From the NCBI RefSeq assembly GCF_004010195.1, contig NC_057719.1, positions 92,953,946 to 93,017,945 on the forward strand: a stretch of 64,000 nucleotides of DNA, given 5' to 3'. Shown here one piece after another: positions 49,460 through 62,519 of the stretch. Numbering within the stretch: the first letter of the stretch is position 1; every line of letters begins with the position of its first letter. Below the pieces are notes generated by a model, which was given only the letters and a program-made list of their open reading frames with translations, ran no database searches and was not told the DNA's origin. The position numbers and the translations under genes were made by a program. Source of the DNA: Chiloscyllium plagiosum (taxonomy: Eukaryota).

Positions 49460-50605
49460 AGCACAGTGTCCCCACATGTAATGCTGGTACACCGCCCAAC
49501 ATGTATGCAGCAGGTACTAATGCGTCTGGGCCAAGGATGCCCTAAGGCAAGATACATTGATGAGACTGAGCAGAGGCTACAGCAACGGAACAATGGACAC
49601 AGCACAATAATAAACAGCCCGGAGTGTTCTCTACAAGTTGGAGAACGCCTCAGCTGTCAAGGATGTTCAAACTTGGAACATCGATCACCATCCCCCAAGG
49701 CGGATTTCGGGTCAGGCAAAAATGCAAGGTGCGAAGCAGAATCTCTGAACCATGATCTGTACCCATGTGGATGGCCTCAATGGGACCTTGGGTTCATGTC
49801 ATACGACAGGTGACCCGACTGCACTATGCATACATACAGACACACACGCACACACACAAACACGCACACACTGACATGAGCACACAGTCACACAGACACT
49901 CTGGCAGACTCACATACTCCTACAGATCCACACAATCATGCACACCCTCTCTCAGAAAAAACTCTCTCATTCACTCCAACATACACTCCCACACACGCAC
50001 ACACATGCACCCTCTCATAGACTTAGACCCCTTTGCACTCACACTCACACACATACCTAAACACACTCTCTGTCACAGACACTCGTATCCCCCCCCACAC
50101 TCACACATACCCATATTCACGCACCAGACAGATATAATTTTGTAGGATGAATTTGTCCGTGGAGAATTACATTTTATTTTGCTTCAACTGCATGATTCCA
50201 TGTACTAGTCTGTAAATTCGTTTCTTAGATGAGAGTAAGTCTGATCATTGGGGCACAAACAGCCTCGTACAGGTCACCTCACGCTTTCATTGTGTTATCT
50301 GTGTCGAAATGACACCAATTGTTAAAGTTCACTTGAAAATTATACTTTCAAACAGTTCTAGGAATTAAAAATGAAAGAACTGAAACCAACACGTTCAGTC
50401 GAAAAATAAGAGACTTAGCAAATAATCCAAGTATTTTTCAATATATAATTTCAGTTACATCACACTGTAAACGTTTGTGATAAATTTTGTGCCTAACGAT
50501 CTTTTACTCCACAATCACCTGAAGAAGAAGCAGCACTGCGGAAACCAGTGGTCTGCAAATAAACCTGCTGGATTATAGTCTGATGTTGTGTAATTTATAA
50601 CTTAG
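49460..50605 (+). mobile_element. Penelope-like element 3' part with CA-rich tract
   Basis: GCPKARYIDETEQRLQQRNNGH (GIY-YIG remnant), CA-rich tract at 49820-50130, terminal cacctgaagaagaagc...aataaacctgctggattatag. Confidence 0.85.
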
Positions 50606-51859
50606 AAAAGAACAAAGATACCCCAAAAAAGAAGAAATATCTCAACAAATTCGGTATGTCCAGTGCATTTGTGGAGATAAAGGAGAGATGATTTTCGAAC
50701 CTAACGATCTGCCTTCGAAACTGGTGGGATATATGGGTTGGTCAGGAATGTGGAATAAGTGACAGGGTTTAAAATGATTTAATTCGATGTTGGGTCCTAA
50801 GGCTGCATGGTCTCTCAGGGTATTTCTTCTAGCAAACAGAACATAGGTGTACTCAAACTGTCAGCAAGCTGTTTTCCTCGCACCATTCCAGACGAGGTCA
50901 TATCAGCAGCACGAAATACAGTTGCCTAGATTAAGTGAAGTGCAAATAATCACTGGAACATGTATCTAGAACGTTGCACAGTGATGAGAGTTATCGTAAC
51001 CGGGAAGGAATTGCATCTTTCACGACGTGATGCCATTTGGGGAGGTGCTGGAGTCAGGGAGAATTGTACCAGCGTGAACAGAAAGTTTCATGCATAGTGC
51101 TGGAATGGGGTGGTATTCAATGGGGTGGGCTAGTGGGGAAAGCGCGGTAGAATGTATATCTTCCTCAGATTCCTGCTTCCAATAAGCGTTTTAATCCAGA
51201 ACAAATCTATCAACTGGTTTTCAATCCAACGCGGAATTGCTTGCAGAAGTCATGTGTTTTCACTTTCACTGGCACTCTGTCTCCCCGGGAGCAGGAATAG
51301 TTCAGCGCACTGATTCAGACAGCATCGTCCTTCCTTTGAGACGTCCCAACGAGAATGCAAGGACAGGTATTACGTACCCACGTTTGGGAACAGAGGAGAT
51401 AATTTCCAAATCCTATGGTGATTTCATTTGTTCATTCGACGACAGCGAGATTCCTGTGCGCAGTACTGCAATTCACATTATTGGAGGGATGTGAAAAACC
51501 AAAGATGAACAAAAAACAAAGGACAAACGTATATTAATTCAGAGATGATTGAATCAGACGGAGCGCAGACATAACCATTCGACAAATTGAGTCTGCATGG
51601 CACTGTCGAAGAACTTCAAACTGCTCCACAATATCATTCTAAAACCGCATTTATCATTCATCTACAAAAATAAAAATTGCTCAATAAGCTCAGCAGATCT
51701 GGCAGCATCAGTGGTGAGAGATCGGAGTTAACATTGCGAATCGACAACCTTTCTGAGGAAGTGTCTCTTGACACTAAATCGCAATTCCGATTTGTCTGAT
51801 GCTGCAATTCCTACTTTTGCCTTTAAGTTCGAGGACGTTAACTTCATTCCGGTTTTGTT

Positions 51860-52035
51860 TGCAATCTACCTGAAGTGCACACCTTTGGACTAAAGAAGAA
51901 ATCGGAACAACTGGAGGAAACCCTCGCGGGGGAGATAGATCAATGTGTGCAAAGGCCACACGGTCACCCGCACAGGTCTTTAATCGAAAGTGGGTTTCTG
52001 GAACTGAAAGGCACAATGCTCCCCACTGCACCCTC
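51860..52035 (-). mobile_element. HE1/V-SINE-like SINE, 5' part
   Basis: Reverse complement contains tttgcacacattgatc...gggtttcctcc...ccgatttcttc...agtccaaaggtgtgcac (V-domain). Confidence 0.75.
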
Positions 52036-52052
52036 CCAACATGTAAGCGCCC

Positions 52053-52112
52053 GTCCCGGAGGGAAATTGAATCCGGTCTCAGCCGATGGCAGGTGAAGCT
52101 ACTAACTAGGAC
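52053..52112 (-). pseudogene. tRNA-Asp-derived remnant, anticodon reads GCC
   Basis: Reverse complement gttagtagcttcacctgccatcggctgagaccggattcaatttccc; paralogous position to Asp at 34947. Confidence 0.5.
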
Positions 52113-53161
52113 TTCTCTGTTGGAAGAAGCCCCTCAGACTATGGATCAGGGTGGACAATACCAATCACTTGACTGTCCGCACTCCTTTTAAATCACTTGT
52201 ATGTCTTGGCATCTCAAATTCACATCTGAATACTTCTGAAAGTTATGAGGATTTCTGCCTCTCCGATCCTTGCATACACTGAGTTAAGATTTCAACTACC
52301 TGCTGTTTCAAATCATTTTTCCATGCATTCACTCAAATCTTTCCTTCTCTGACATTAAATCTACAACCCCCATGCCAGCCGTTAATCAATCTATCCATCA
52401 AAGAGAAATGTTTATTTCAGCCTATGCTATCCACATCTTTCAATAGTTTGTAAATCTCAATAATGTCTCCTCTCAAATTCCTCTGGTCAAAGGAAAACAA
52501 TCTCAGTCTGTCCAATCTCTCTTCATAACTGAAACTCTTCAGCCCAGTCAATATCCTGGTAAATCTCTCCTGCATCATTTCCAATCATATCGCATTTCTG
52601 CTATAACGTGAATTACTGAGCAGCACATGATATTCCAGCTAGAACCTGAGAAACAAATGAAATAAATGATGTGGAAGTCCACAGAAACTGGTCTTTTTGA
52701 ATGAAGTATCTTTTGCTCAGTCCAGCGCGGTGTCATTTTCCTGAGCCTAATGCTCTCATATTCTCTGGCCTAAATCTGTAAAAGCTGCGACATGAATATT
52801 GATCGCACAACTACAGTAACTCAATAAATCGACTGGTTTGAAAATCCTGATAGGAAGATTTGGGCACGTTCAATCAAAACAGTGACTGCAGGCAGCACAG
52901 ACTGAATGGGGTCAATGTGAATGTGATTATAAGGGACATGGGAGGGGAAACTTAAAAGAGGGTAGTGATTTCGGGAGGGGCAGAACTCTCTGAGAATAGA
53001 TGGGTTACATTCCTGATATATGAATTCCACAGATGTGAGAGAAAGGGGTTTGATGGAAAAAAAATCATTATATCAACGAATGTTTTCATGTAAAATTAAT
53101 TAATTCCGTTCTGTGCTTCTTTTGCATGTGTCACAACAAATACATTGGATAGAACGTGACC

Positions 53162-53230
53162 TGCCTGACTCAGATTCGACGAGGTTACTGCAGCCACAGC
53201 AAAGAATACTGACAATTTTACGATCACTGC
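53162..53230 (-). tRNA. tRNA-His(GTG) pseudogene
   Basis: tgcctgactcagattcgacgaggttactgcagccacagcaaagaatactgacaattttacgatcactgc matches the His reverse complement, with small deletions in the T-arm and acceptor stem. Confidence 0.85.
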
Positions 53231-54059
53231 TCCACACAGAGGCGGACTTTTTAAACGAATACTAAGTACAATGGCAGGGGATATATTCGAAAGAGCAGCA
53301 GATACATAACAGGAATACTTGGCGAACAATAACAGACATGTGGGAACTCAGCATTGGCTGAATATTTAACTTCGATGTCCCCAGAGGCAGTGAAGGTTCC
53401 ATCGGTTACTGCATGTTGAAGACTGAGATTGATAGGTTTCTATAAAACATCAAAGGTTCAGGGTACAGCGCAAGATATTTCACATCGGTTGCTTCACCAA
53501 CGTCCGCACATAAGGCATTACCATTACTGCAGTGGATCACATAATCCCAGTTCCCAGACCCGGCATCAGAGAAACAGAGTGGCATAGCCATGAACATTCA
53601 GCTGGAAATGGGGATGGGAATGAGTATGCAGAGCTACTCTGTAGCACCAAAGACGTGAAATGTGAGCATGCAGTCCTGTATCGGTAGAGAGGCACGTGAA
53701 ATGCCGACGCTGTGATTGCTCCTGGTCAAAGGTGGGGTGGAAGGATATATTTATTTCCATTTATTATATCATTAATATTCAGCAGAAGCATTAACACGCA
53801 CTGCAGATGGCACAATGTCGGAGTGCTGGAGTCTGAAGTGAGAGGTTGGTGTATTGAAAACATCCTCTGAAATTTTCTTTCATAGCAGTGTTTTGTTACA
53901 TTGACAGTAAGAGCTGCTTTTGATCACATCGTCTCGACATCAACCCCTTGCTCCCAGTAAATACTCCAATCCAGCCTTAATCCCTTTCAGTCCGACACAG
54001 CCAAACGTCCTGTTCTTTTTCCCTCTGGGTTAATTTGAACAGACAATGCCATTTTTTGA

Positions 54060-54410
54060 GATGGAGCAATGTAGCAGGCAGTTGGTAGTGCAATCACGAT
54101 ATATTTGGCCAGTAATCCTTGGAGAGTGGAACATGGCAGTTAATGTTGCTTGAATTTGATGAACAAAATCTGGAATCTGAAAAAAAAACATCTCAGGAAT
54201 AAAGACCATGACCTTCATTTGCTGAAATCCCATTCATTCACGTCCCTTAGAAAGGGAAATCAGCCGTCATTAACAAGTCCTGACAACGTGCGACACCAGA
54301 CCCACAACTATGCAGTTGACCCATGATTTCCCTCTTGCTTAGTTCAAGGTGAATTTAGGAAGAGCAATAAATGCTGTTCAGACCAATAATGGTCACATCC
54401 CTTCGGAGAA
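54060..54410 (+). mobile_element. tRNA-derived SINE, same family as 31455
   Basis: aaatctggaat...gaccatga...cccttagaaagggaaatcagccgtc...ccagacccaca...gcaataaatgctg...cacatccc. Confidence 0.7.
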
Positions 54411-54759
54411 TAAGGAAGAATAAAAATACATGTACGATCGAGGAAAATGGTAATCGTGTTTGCATAGACTCTAATTCAACTGATTATCCAAAATAAACCG
54501 CCAAGAAGTCAGGTTCATGGGGGGATTGCAGAAAGGCATTCAGTTACCCGCTGAGGTTTAAACTCACTTCCTCAGTCACACTGTGTGCAGGTGGTTCACC
54601 ACTCCCATTTGTGAGAAGGATCACTCAGGAGACCAACATGTAGAATCACCAGCCAGTTTGCAAATGACAGCAGAAGTTCGATTCTGCTGTTATTACAACT
54701 GGTAATTCCAACGAGCAATGAACCATGTTTGGACGCCTGTTTTCAGTGAAGTTGCACTA

Positions 54760-56160
54760 GGTTTTCTGATGTAGATCAATGATTTAGACTTATTTGTTGG
54801 AATCATAATTTAGCAGTTAGCAGACGATGCACAATTGGTAGTGTAGTCGAATCTGAAATAGAATGCCAGGGACTGCAGGAATGTATCAAAGGAGTGGACA
54901 GCTAAAATGACCAGTAGCCTTGAATCCAACGCAATGAGTGGTAATGGATTTGTGGAGAGGAAATAATAACAGTGTCTATTCTGAGTGGTCCAGAGGAACA
55001 AAGAGATCTTGGAGTGGACTTTTTCAGATCCTTGAAGATAGTTGACGAGCGAAATTAGTTGGTCCCGAGGGTTTTAGGATATTTTGTGTTGTTGACCATA
55101 AGCAGAGGATGATAGTAGAACTTTAACAAACACCAGTTGAGGGGACAATAAAAGGACCAAAGACAATTCTGGTCACTGCATTCATCAAACAGTTTATAAA
55201 TTGTAACACAAAAGATGAAGGGCTGAAACCGTCTCACCACTCAATGAGTTTATCACTGATACATCTCCAAATCAGAGTGCTATGTTGCCTTGGAGAGCAA
55301 CGTGCAAATGTTGGCGTTTCGATGCATCTTCCATCCTTGTCTCGATAGTCGATACAGAGTTTGAACTTTGAAGTTTTTATCAACATTTACTCAACAACAT
55401 GTTGTAGGTGGTGCACTCTGCTGAGATTGTGCCATTGTGGTGAATGGAGTAAAAGTTGCAGGGACTGAATAAGGTACAGTTCAGTGGCTGCATTGTCGTG
55501 GATGGTGTCAATTTTCCTTAAGTGTTATTTAAGCTACACCCATACAGACAAATGGAGATAGTTCTATTACACACCTCATTTGTGCTTTGCAGACGATTCA
55601 GATTCATGGAGTCAAGAGTTGAGTTAGGAACCAAAGAAATTCTATCCAGGAATTGTTTTTGTAGCCAAAGTATTTATTTAGCCGACACGTTCTGTTTCTC
55701 ATAAATACTAGCTCCCCGGATAATTTTAAGGAGAATTCCAGTTACAATAAAGCAATTGAAAGCCAAAGGGACATTATTAGATTCTCATTTTTCCGATTTA
55801 TCATTACTGCACTTGGTCATTGTGTGGACGAATCGGATTCTAATCTCTATATGATTCCAAATTCCTATTCCTGTATGTGCCTGAAATTTCAACCGTTTGC
55901 CTAGCAGGAACTTTCTCCACCTGCCTTAATAATATGCAAGGACGTTACAGAGATTTACAGGATGTTGCCAGCGCTGGATAAAATGGAGTTCCGTCGCATG
56001 AGTTTTTAGGCTTGGATTGTTCTCCTTGAAACAAAGGATGCCAAGCGAAGATTTATAGTCACATAATAACATTTATAAATGTTCAATATTTGTGGGATCT
56101 TGACAGGGTAGAAAGGGGCAGGTAGTTTGCCTTATGATCGCCAGAGGGCATAATCTCAGA
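54760..56160. mobile_element. Cluster of old CR1-like fragments in both orientations
   Basis: ttagcagacgatgca (xADD) on plus at ~54817; minus fragment ~55250-55800; gagatttacaggatgttgcca...ggattgttctcc on plus at ~55950-56030. Confidence 0.6.
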
Positions 56161-59100
56161 ATTAGAATCTGACATGGGCCAGTGATTATTGGAGAATCAG
56201 GCTCAGGAAAAGGATACAGGGCTGTATTGAAGATAGGAAAGGTTTATTTTGTGAATACCAGTTTCTGTGAACTTCTGCATCATTTATTTTGTTTGTTCTT
56301 TAGGCTCTAGCGTAAGTATTGTGTACAATTCTGCAATTTACATTGCAGGAGAAATGCGATAGCACTGGAAACGATATAGGAGAGATTTCCCAGGATATTG
56401 TCTGGGCTGAAGAGTCTCAGTTGTGAAGAGAGAATGGAAACAGACTGAAGTTGTTTTTCTTAGAGCAGAGGAGATTGAGAGCAGGCACGATTGAGATGTA
56501 CAAACTAATAAGGGATATGGATAGCACAGACTGAAATAAACGTTTCTCTTTTGTGGAGAGATCGATCAACGGCGGGGGGTTGTGGCGTAGATTTAAGGTC
56601 AGAGGCGGAAAGATTTAAGTGAATGCACGGAAAAGTGTTTTCATACAGCGGGCGGTTGAAATCTGGAAGTCAGTGTATGCAAGGATCAGCGATGCAGAAA
56701 TCCTCATAACTTTCAGACGTTTTCAGATGTGAAATTGTGGTGCCAATGTACAGAAGACTACGGGCCAAATGATTTAAAAAGGAGTTCGGATACTTAAGCG
56801 ATTGGTATTGTCTAGCTCTGATACATTGGCTTAGGGACATCTTTCTGCGTGGAAGTTCTGGGTAGTACCTCTGTCTGCCACCGGGTGAGATCGGAGTCAA
56901 TTCTCTTCCAGAACGGGCACTTCCATGTTGGGAGGGTTCAGTGGGGAGCATTGTAACTTTCAGCGCCAGAAAGCCGCGTTCACTTCGAGATCTGTGTGAC
57001 TGCCGTGTGGAATTTGCACAGTCCTGTTCTCCCTCTCTCTCGAGCATGGGTTTCCGCCAGCAGCTCCGATTTCTTCCCACAGTCCAAACGTGTGCACTTC
57101 AGGTAGATGGCAAACAAATCCGAAAGAAGTTTAAGTCCTAGAAATCAAAGACAAATGTAGAAATTGCAGCACAGAGAAATAAGAAATAAGACTTTCCTCA
57201 GTAACACTCTTGATTTAAAACGTTAACTCTGATTTCTCTCCACTGATACTGCCAGACTTGCTGAGCTTATCGAGCAGTTTCAATTATTGTAAGTGAATGT
57301 TAAATGCGGGTTTAGAAAGATAAAGTGGGGGAGTTTAAATCTTTTTGGTGGCACATGCAGACTCATTTACCAGAAGGTTTCTGTCTGCAAACTGTCTGCT
57401 TCAATGATGCCTGAATCTATGTGTTTTTGTCCTTTTCTTTTTCGTCTTTGATTTTTGACATCCCTCCTTTAATGTGACATGCAGAACTGCACAGCAAAGT
57501 CACTGTAAACGACTGAACAAACGAAATCAATATTGGATGTGGAAATGTTACCCTCTGTTCTCAGATGAGGGTTATTAATACCTTCGTTCCATTTTCGATT
57601 GGGACATGTCACTGGAAGGATGGTGCTGTCTGAATCAGTGCGGAGAACTACTGCAGCTGCAGGGGAGACAGAGTGTAGTCAACGTGCATGACTTCTGTTC
57701 TGGATTGAAATGTTTACTGGAAGCATGAAGCTGAGGAAGATATACATTCTACCGCACTTACCCCACCAGCCCATCCCACTGAATACCACCCCATTCCAGC
57801 ACTATGCAGGAAACTTTCTCTCTGCACACACTGGTTCAATTCTCCCTGACTCCAGCACCTCCCCGTATGGCACCATGTCGTGAAATCCCGGAAGATGCAA
57901 TTCCTGTCCAGTTACGATATCTCTCATCACTGTGCAACGGTCTAGACACATGTTCCAGCAATTTATCTGCACTTCACTTAATCTAGGCAACTGTATTTCG
58001 TTCTGATGATATGACCTCGTCTGGACTGATGAGAGAAAACTGCGTGCATGATAATTTGAGTACACCTATGTTCTGTTCGCAAGGAAAAAACTACCCTGAG
58101 CTTCCAGTTTCCTCTCACTGTCCTATCCCATGGTATTCCCATGCCACCATTTCAATCTATGGTCTGCAGCAGTGCTCCTGCTAAGCACATTGCAAGCTGG
58201 AAGAGTGACACCTCATTTTCTATTGAGAGACCATGCAGCATTCAGGACTCAACATCGAGTTCAATCATTTTAAACCCTGTCTGCTTAGTCCACATTACTG
58301 ACACCCCTTCCCCAGACATCCCATCAGTTTGGAAGGCAAATCGTTAGGTTCGAAAATTATCTCTCCTTTATCTGCTCAGAAGCACTAGACATGCCAAATT
58401 TGTTCAGATATTTATGTTTTTCTTTAGATAACTTTGTTCTTTTCTAAGTTATAAATTACGCAACATCAGACTATAATCAAGCAGGTTTATTTGCAGACCA
58501 CTAGCTTTTAGCGTGCTGATCCTTCATCAGATGATTGTGGAGTAAAAGACACAATTTATCGCAAAAGTTACAGTGTAATGTAACTGAAATCATGTATTGA
58601 GAAAAACGTGGATTGTTTGCTTAGTCTCTCATCTTTTTGACTGAAAATGTCGGTTTCAGTTCTATCATTTTATATCCCAGCACTGTTTTAAAGTTTAATT
58701 TTCAAGTAAACTTTAACAATTGGTGTCATGTCGACTCAGATAATGCATTGCAAGTGTGAGGTGATCTGTGTGAAACTGTTTGTGCCCCAATGTTCAGACT
58801 TACTCTCATATGAGAAAATAATTTACAGAATCGTAAGTGGATTCATGCAGTTTTTGAGCAAAATAAAATGTAATTCTGCATGGACAAATTCATCCTACAA
58901 AATTATATGCGTGTGTGTGAATATGGGTGTGTGTGTGTGTGGGGGGGGTGTGTATGAGTGTCTGTGAGAGAGTGTGTTTATGTATGTGTGTGAGTGCGAC
59001 TGTAAAGTGGTATAAGTCTTTGAGAGGGTGCGTGTGTGTGTGTGAGTGTGTGAGAGTAGGAGTGTATGAGTGAGTGAATAATAGAGAGCTTGTTTCTGTG

Positions 59101-60319
59101 AGAGAGTCTGCGTGATTTTGTGGCTCATTAGGTGTGTGTTTATCTGTAGAAGGGTATGTGTTTCTGTAGGACTGTCAGTGTGTCTGTGTGTGTGCGCGCG
59201 CACCTGCATATGTGTGTGTGTGCCTGTCTCTGTGTGTATGTGCAGTAGGGTCACCTGTCATGTAAGGTGAACCCAAGTGCCATTGAGGCCATCCGCATGG
59301 GTATCAATCATGGTTAGGAGACCCTGCATTGTTACCTGCCCCGAAGTCCGCCTTGGAGGATGGTGACCGATATTCCAAGGTCGAATGTCCTTGACCACTC
59401 AGATGTTCCACAACTGGGAGAGAACACTCCCGTCTGTTGATTGCTGTGCCGTGTCCGTTCTTGCATTACCTTTGCCTCTGCTTGGTCACACCAATGTACC
59501 ATGCCGCAGGACATCCTTGTCTGCAGCGTATGAGAGAGTAAACCTTGGCGCAGTCGCATTAGTGCCTGCAACGTACAATGTGGGAGGTGTACCAGCATTG
59601 CATGTGGGGACACCATCCTATTAAACTCCCTCATTTATTTCTAGTGGCTTTAACTACCAGTAAACCTAATTTCATCTCTCTGCAAGAGACTTTTCTTCTG
59701 GACAGCCTTGTCCAATCGTCCTTTCCCTCCAGCTCCTCCCCATACCACACAATCCTGTGAAATCCCAGAAGATGTCATGACTGCCCGTTTATGATATCTC
59801 TCCTCACTGTATATGGCTCCAGATACAACATCCAGTGATTTATCTGCACTTCACTCAATCTTTCCAACTGTATATCCTGCTTACAATATGATTTCGCCTT
59901 GACTGGGGAGAGGAAACCAGAGTGGGTGACAATTGTAAGTGCACACACGTCCTGTTCTCAAGCAAAAATGACCTCGAGGTTCCAATTTCCCGTCACTGTA
60001 ACTTCCCACTGTTTTTTCATACGGCCATTTCAATGTGTGGTCTGCTGCAGTCCTCCCGCAAAGCACTGTGAAAGCAGGAAGAGTGGCACCTCATTTTTCA
60101 CTGAGAGACTGAGCAGTTTTCAGGACCCAAAATTTAGTTCAATTATTTTAGGCGCTGTCCGCCTTCTTCCACGTTCCTGACCCATCCACACATCCCATCA
60201 GTTCCAAAAGCGAATCGTTAGGTTCGAAAATAATCTATCCATTCTCTCCCAATATGCACTGGACCTGCTGATTTTGTTCAGACATCCCTGTTTTTCTTTG
60301 GACATTTTTTTTCTGTTCT

Positions 60320-60790
60320 GATCGCCAGAGTGCAGATCGCGTGTGCTTGCACCGGAGGATGTTCAGAGGAGATTGACCAAGAGGTTGCCTGGGCTGGACC
60401 ATTCCCATTATGTAGATATACGGATTGTACTGAGGCTGTTTATTTGAGAGCAGAGAAGGCTGAGTGAGAAAATTATTGCCGTGGACATTAAGGGGATAGG
60501 TCGGTGTGATATGAACACACCTCTCATGGGAAGGATTAATAACCAGGGATATACTTTAAACGCAAGAGAGAGGATTTCTCGAGGAGATTTAAGAAGAAAA
60601 TTTTACCCTGATTGAATTGCTTATCTGGAAGTCACTGTCTGTCTGAATGTGTTGTGAAGCTGCCAGTCATCAGAAGATTTCAGGAGCATTGAGCTTGAGG
60701 AGCGAGAGCACACAGGGATAAGGACCAAGTAATAGGACGTGGGGCGGGCATAAACAGATGCTTAATAAATGACCCGAACACCGCAAGCTT
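60320..60790 (+). mobile_element. Old CR1-like LINE 3' end
   Basis: gttcagaggagattgaccaagaggttgcctggg...gagcagagaaggctgag...atctggaagtcactg. Confidence 0.75.
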
Positions 60791-60816
60791 TGGTGCAGGA
60801 AAATGGCGGCTAGCGC

Positions 60817-60908
60817 GATTCTGTGGTGCAATGAAACGCGCGTTGGACTTCTACATCACTGTTAAAAATTTTGTTCACATTTTGTGGGTTTGAGTCCCAC
60901 TAGAATTG
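60817..60908 (+). tRNA. Intron-containing tRNA-Arg(TCT), probably a pseudogene
   Basis: gattctgtggtgcaatgaaacgcgcgttggactTCTa[catcactgttaaaaatttt]gttcacattttgtgggtttgagtcccactagaattg; 19-nt intron at 60854-60872; T-loop C56 and the D-loop GG are mutated. Confidence 0.88.
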
Positions 60909-62047
60909 GAGTTTAGTTTAGATCTAAATAAATCAACGATTGTTCTGCTGACTAATCGTCAATTTCTGACGTCTGGAGTTCTAGTCCCTGCTGCTGACCA
61001 GAGGATATTCCTCATCTTCTTGGCGATTAGTTCAGAGGCAATTGTATCATTTGAAACATGATCAGATCAGAATCAGCTGCTCACCCGCAAACTCTACAAA
61101 GTTCGTGGAAAACCCACTGTCTCTCAGCACATTTCCCTCCCACAGTTGCACAGATATTTTCAATTTTTTAAATACCTGTTTCCCAATAAGCGACAGATTG
61201 ATGTGGATCAGCTGGGGAAAGTTGTTGAAGTGTTCAGTCAGACATGATGATATGGAATGGAGAGTTAAGGCCGGGAGGTTCAATGGCTCATCCTGTTACT
61301 CTCTGTCTGGATTTTTCACATGGAATCAGCTGCTCCATCTTTCAACAACACCAGCTCTTTTAATACTTAACAATTTCATTTGCGGAAATTATGGATTATT
61401 TTCTGATGAACATTAACCAGTTCGAGAGTGTTTCCCTTTTGCTTCCCATCAAGGCAGCCCAGAATCTCTGTCCCGGTTAAATTCACTCCTTGTGTGTCTG
61501 CACTCAACTTTTCAAATAGTCTGCAATCAGCTCATTTTTTTTTCTGAAAAATCATCTCCGATTTCAATAAATCTCAGAGTACAAAATATCTGCTCCAAAT
61601 GTCTTTGTTGTTCCCGGTGGTCTTGAAGCTCTAATCTCTAGTTCTACATTCACCTGAAGGATGGAATTTTCCTCCTATTTAGTCTTACCAATCTGGTATC
61701 AGCTGGAAAGCCTCCATTAAGAATTAATTCAATCTTTCCTGTTTTCTCCAGCGTGGTTCTTCATATATTTCACAATCTAATTTAATCCCCTCTTTTCTTT
61801 TCTAGTGGCTTTATCTACAAGTACACTTCATTTCCGTCGTTTCTAACGACTTTATATAAAGTGACCTCTGACGGGCTCCTTCCAAATGCCTTGAAATTCC
61901 AGTAAACGGCACCCGTCTCTTTCATCATGCATTTGTATCCCAGTAAAGCTCCTCCTCAGAAAGTGTCCAATTCAACCCACCGCTCTGCTATGCAATCTCA
62001 TGAACAGAACAGGAAACATGGGAGGTATTTCAGTGAAAGCTGAATTG

Positions 62048-62085
62048 GGTGGCTGCAGCACCATCGGTTCAAATCCCAGTCACAT
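62048..62085 (+). pseudogene. tRNA-His 3'-half remnant
   Basis: gtggctgcagcaccatcggttcaaatcccagtcac resembles GTGGCCGCAGCAACCTCGGTTCGAATCCGAGTCAC. Confidence 0.6.
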
Positions 62086-62519
62086 AAATGTTCTCATTTT
62101 TATTTTCTATCAATGTGTGCTGAAGTAATACAGTGACGGATCAATTAATATCGTAAGACATACATACAGAGACGTGAAAATTCTAAGGTTGAGATATCAG
62201 AGCATCGACCAGAGATTGCTCAATTTCAGGCTCAGGAATTCGACAGAGAGCGATGTTGAGCAAAATAGACTGTCTTGGCAAATGCCAGTGCTACGAATTT
62301 GTGGGTGTACTGTACCGTTATGCGACCTGAAATTTCTGGTTAGCACAGAGAGTCCAGAACAAGGTAACGACGTAAACTTTGGTCGAAACAGCTAAGAGAT
62401 GTGTTTCCTGTGTACAATAACAGATTGGAATTCATCCAATCAGCATAATTTATGCCCAAGAGTAAGGAAACTCAAAAGAAGGTTGAAATGAGTATTTTGA
62501 CACATTTAAAATTAATGAA

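Larger units (their letters stand above)
48685..53950 (-). repeat. Segmental duplication copy B (left arm of the large inverted repeat, continuing into the His module)
   Basis: 48685-49450 matches 61800-62520, 49460-52775 matches 56170-59615 and 52670-53950 matches 30460-31455, all as reverse complements. Confidence 0.92.

Noticed and set aside
49765..50145. His/Thr-rich ORFs here and at 58895-59254
   Set aside because: Translation of CA/TG-rich low-complexity tracts inside a Penelope-like element.
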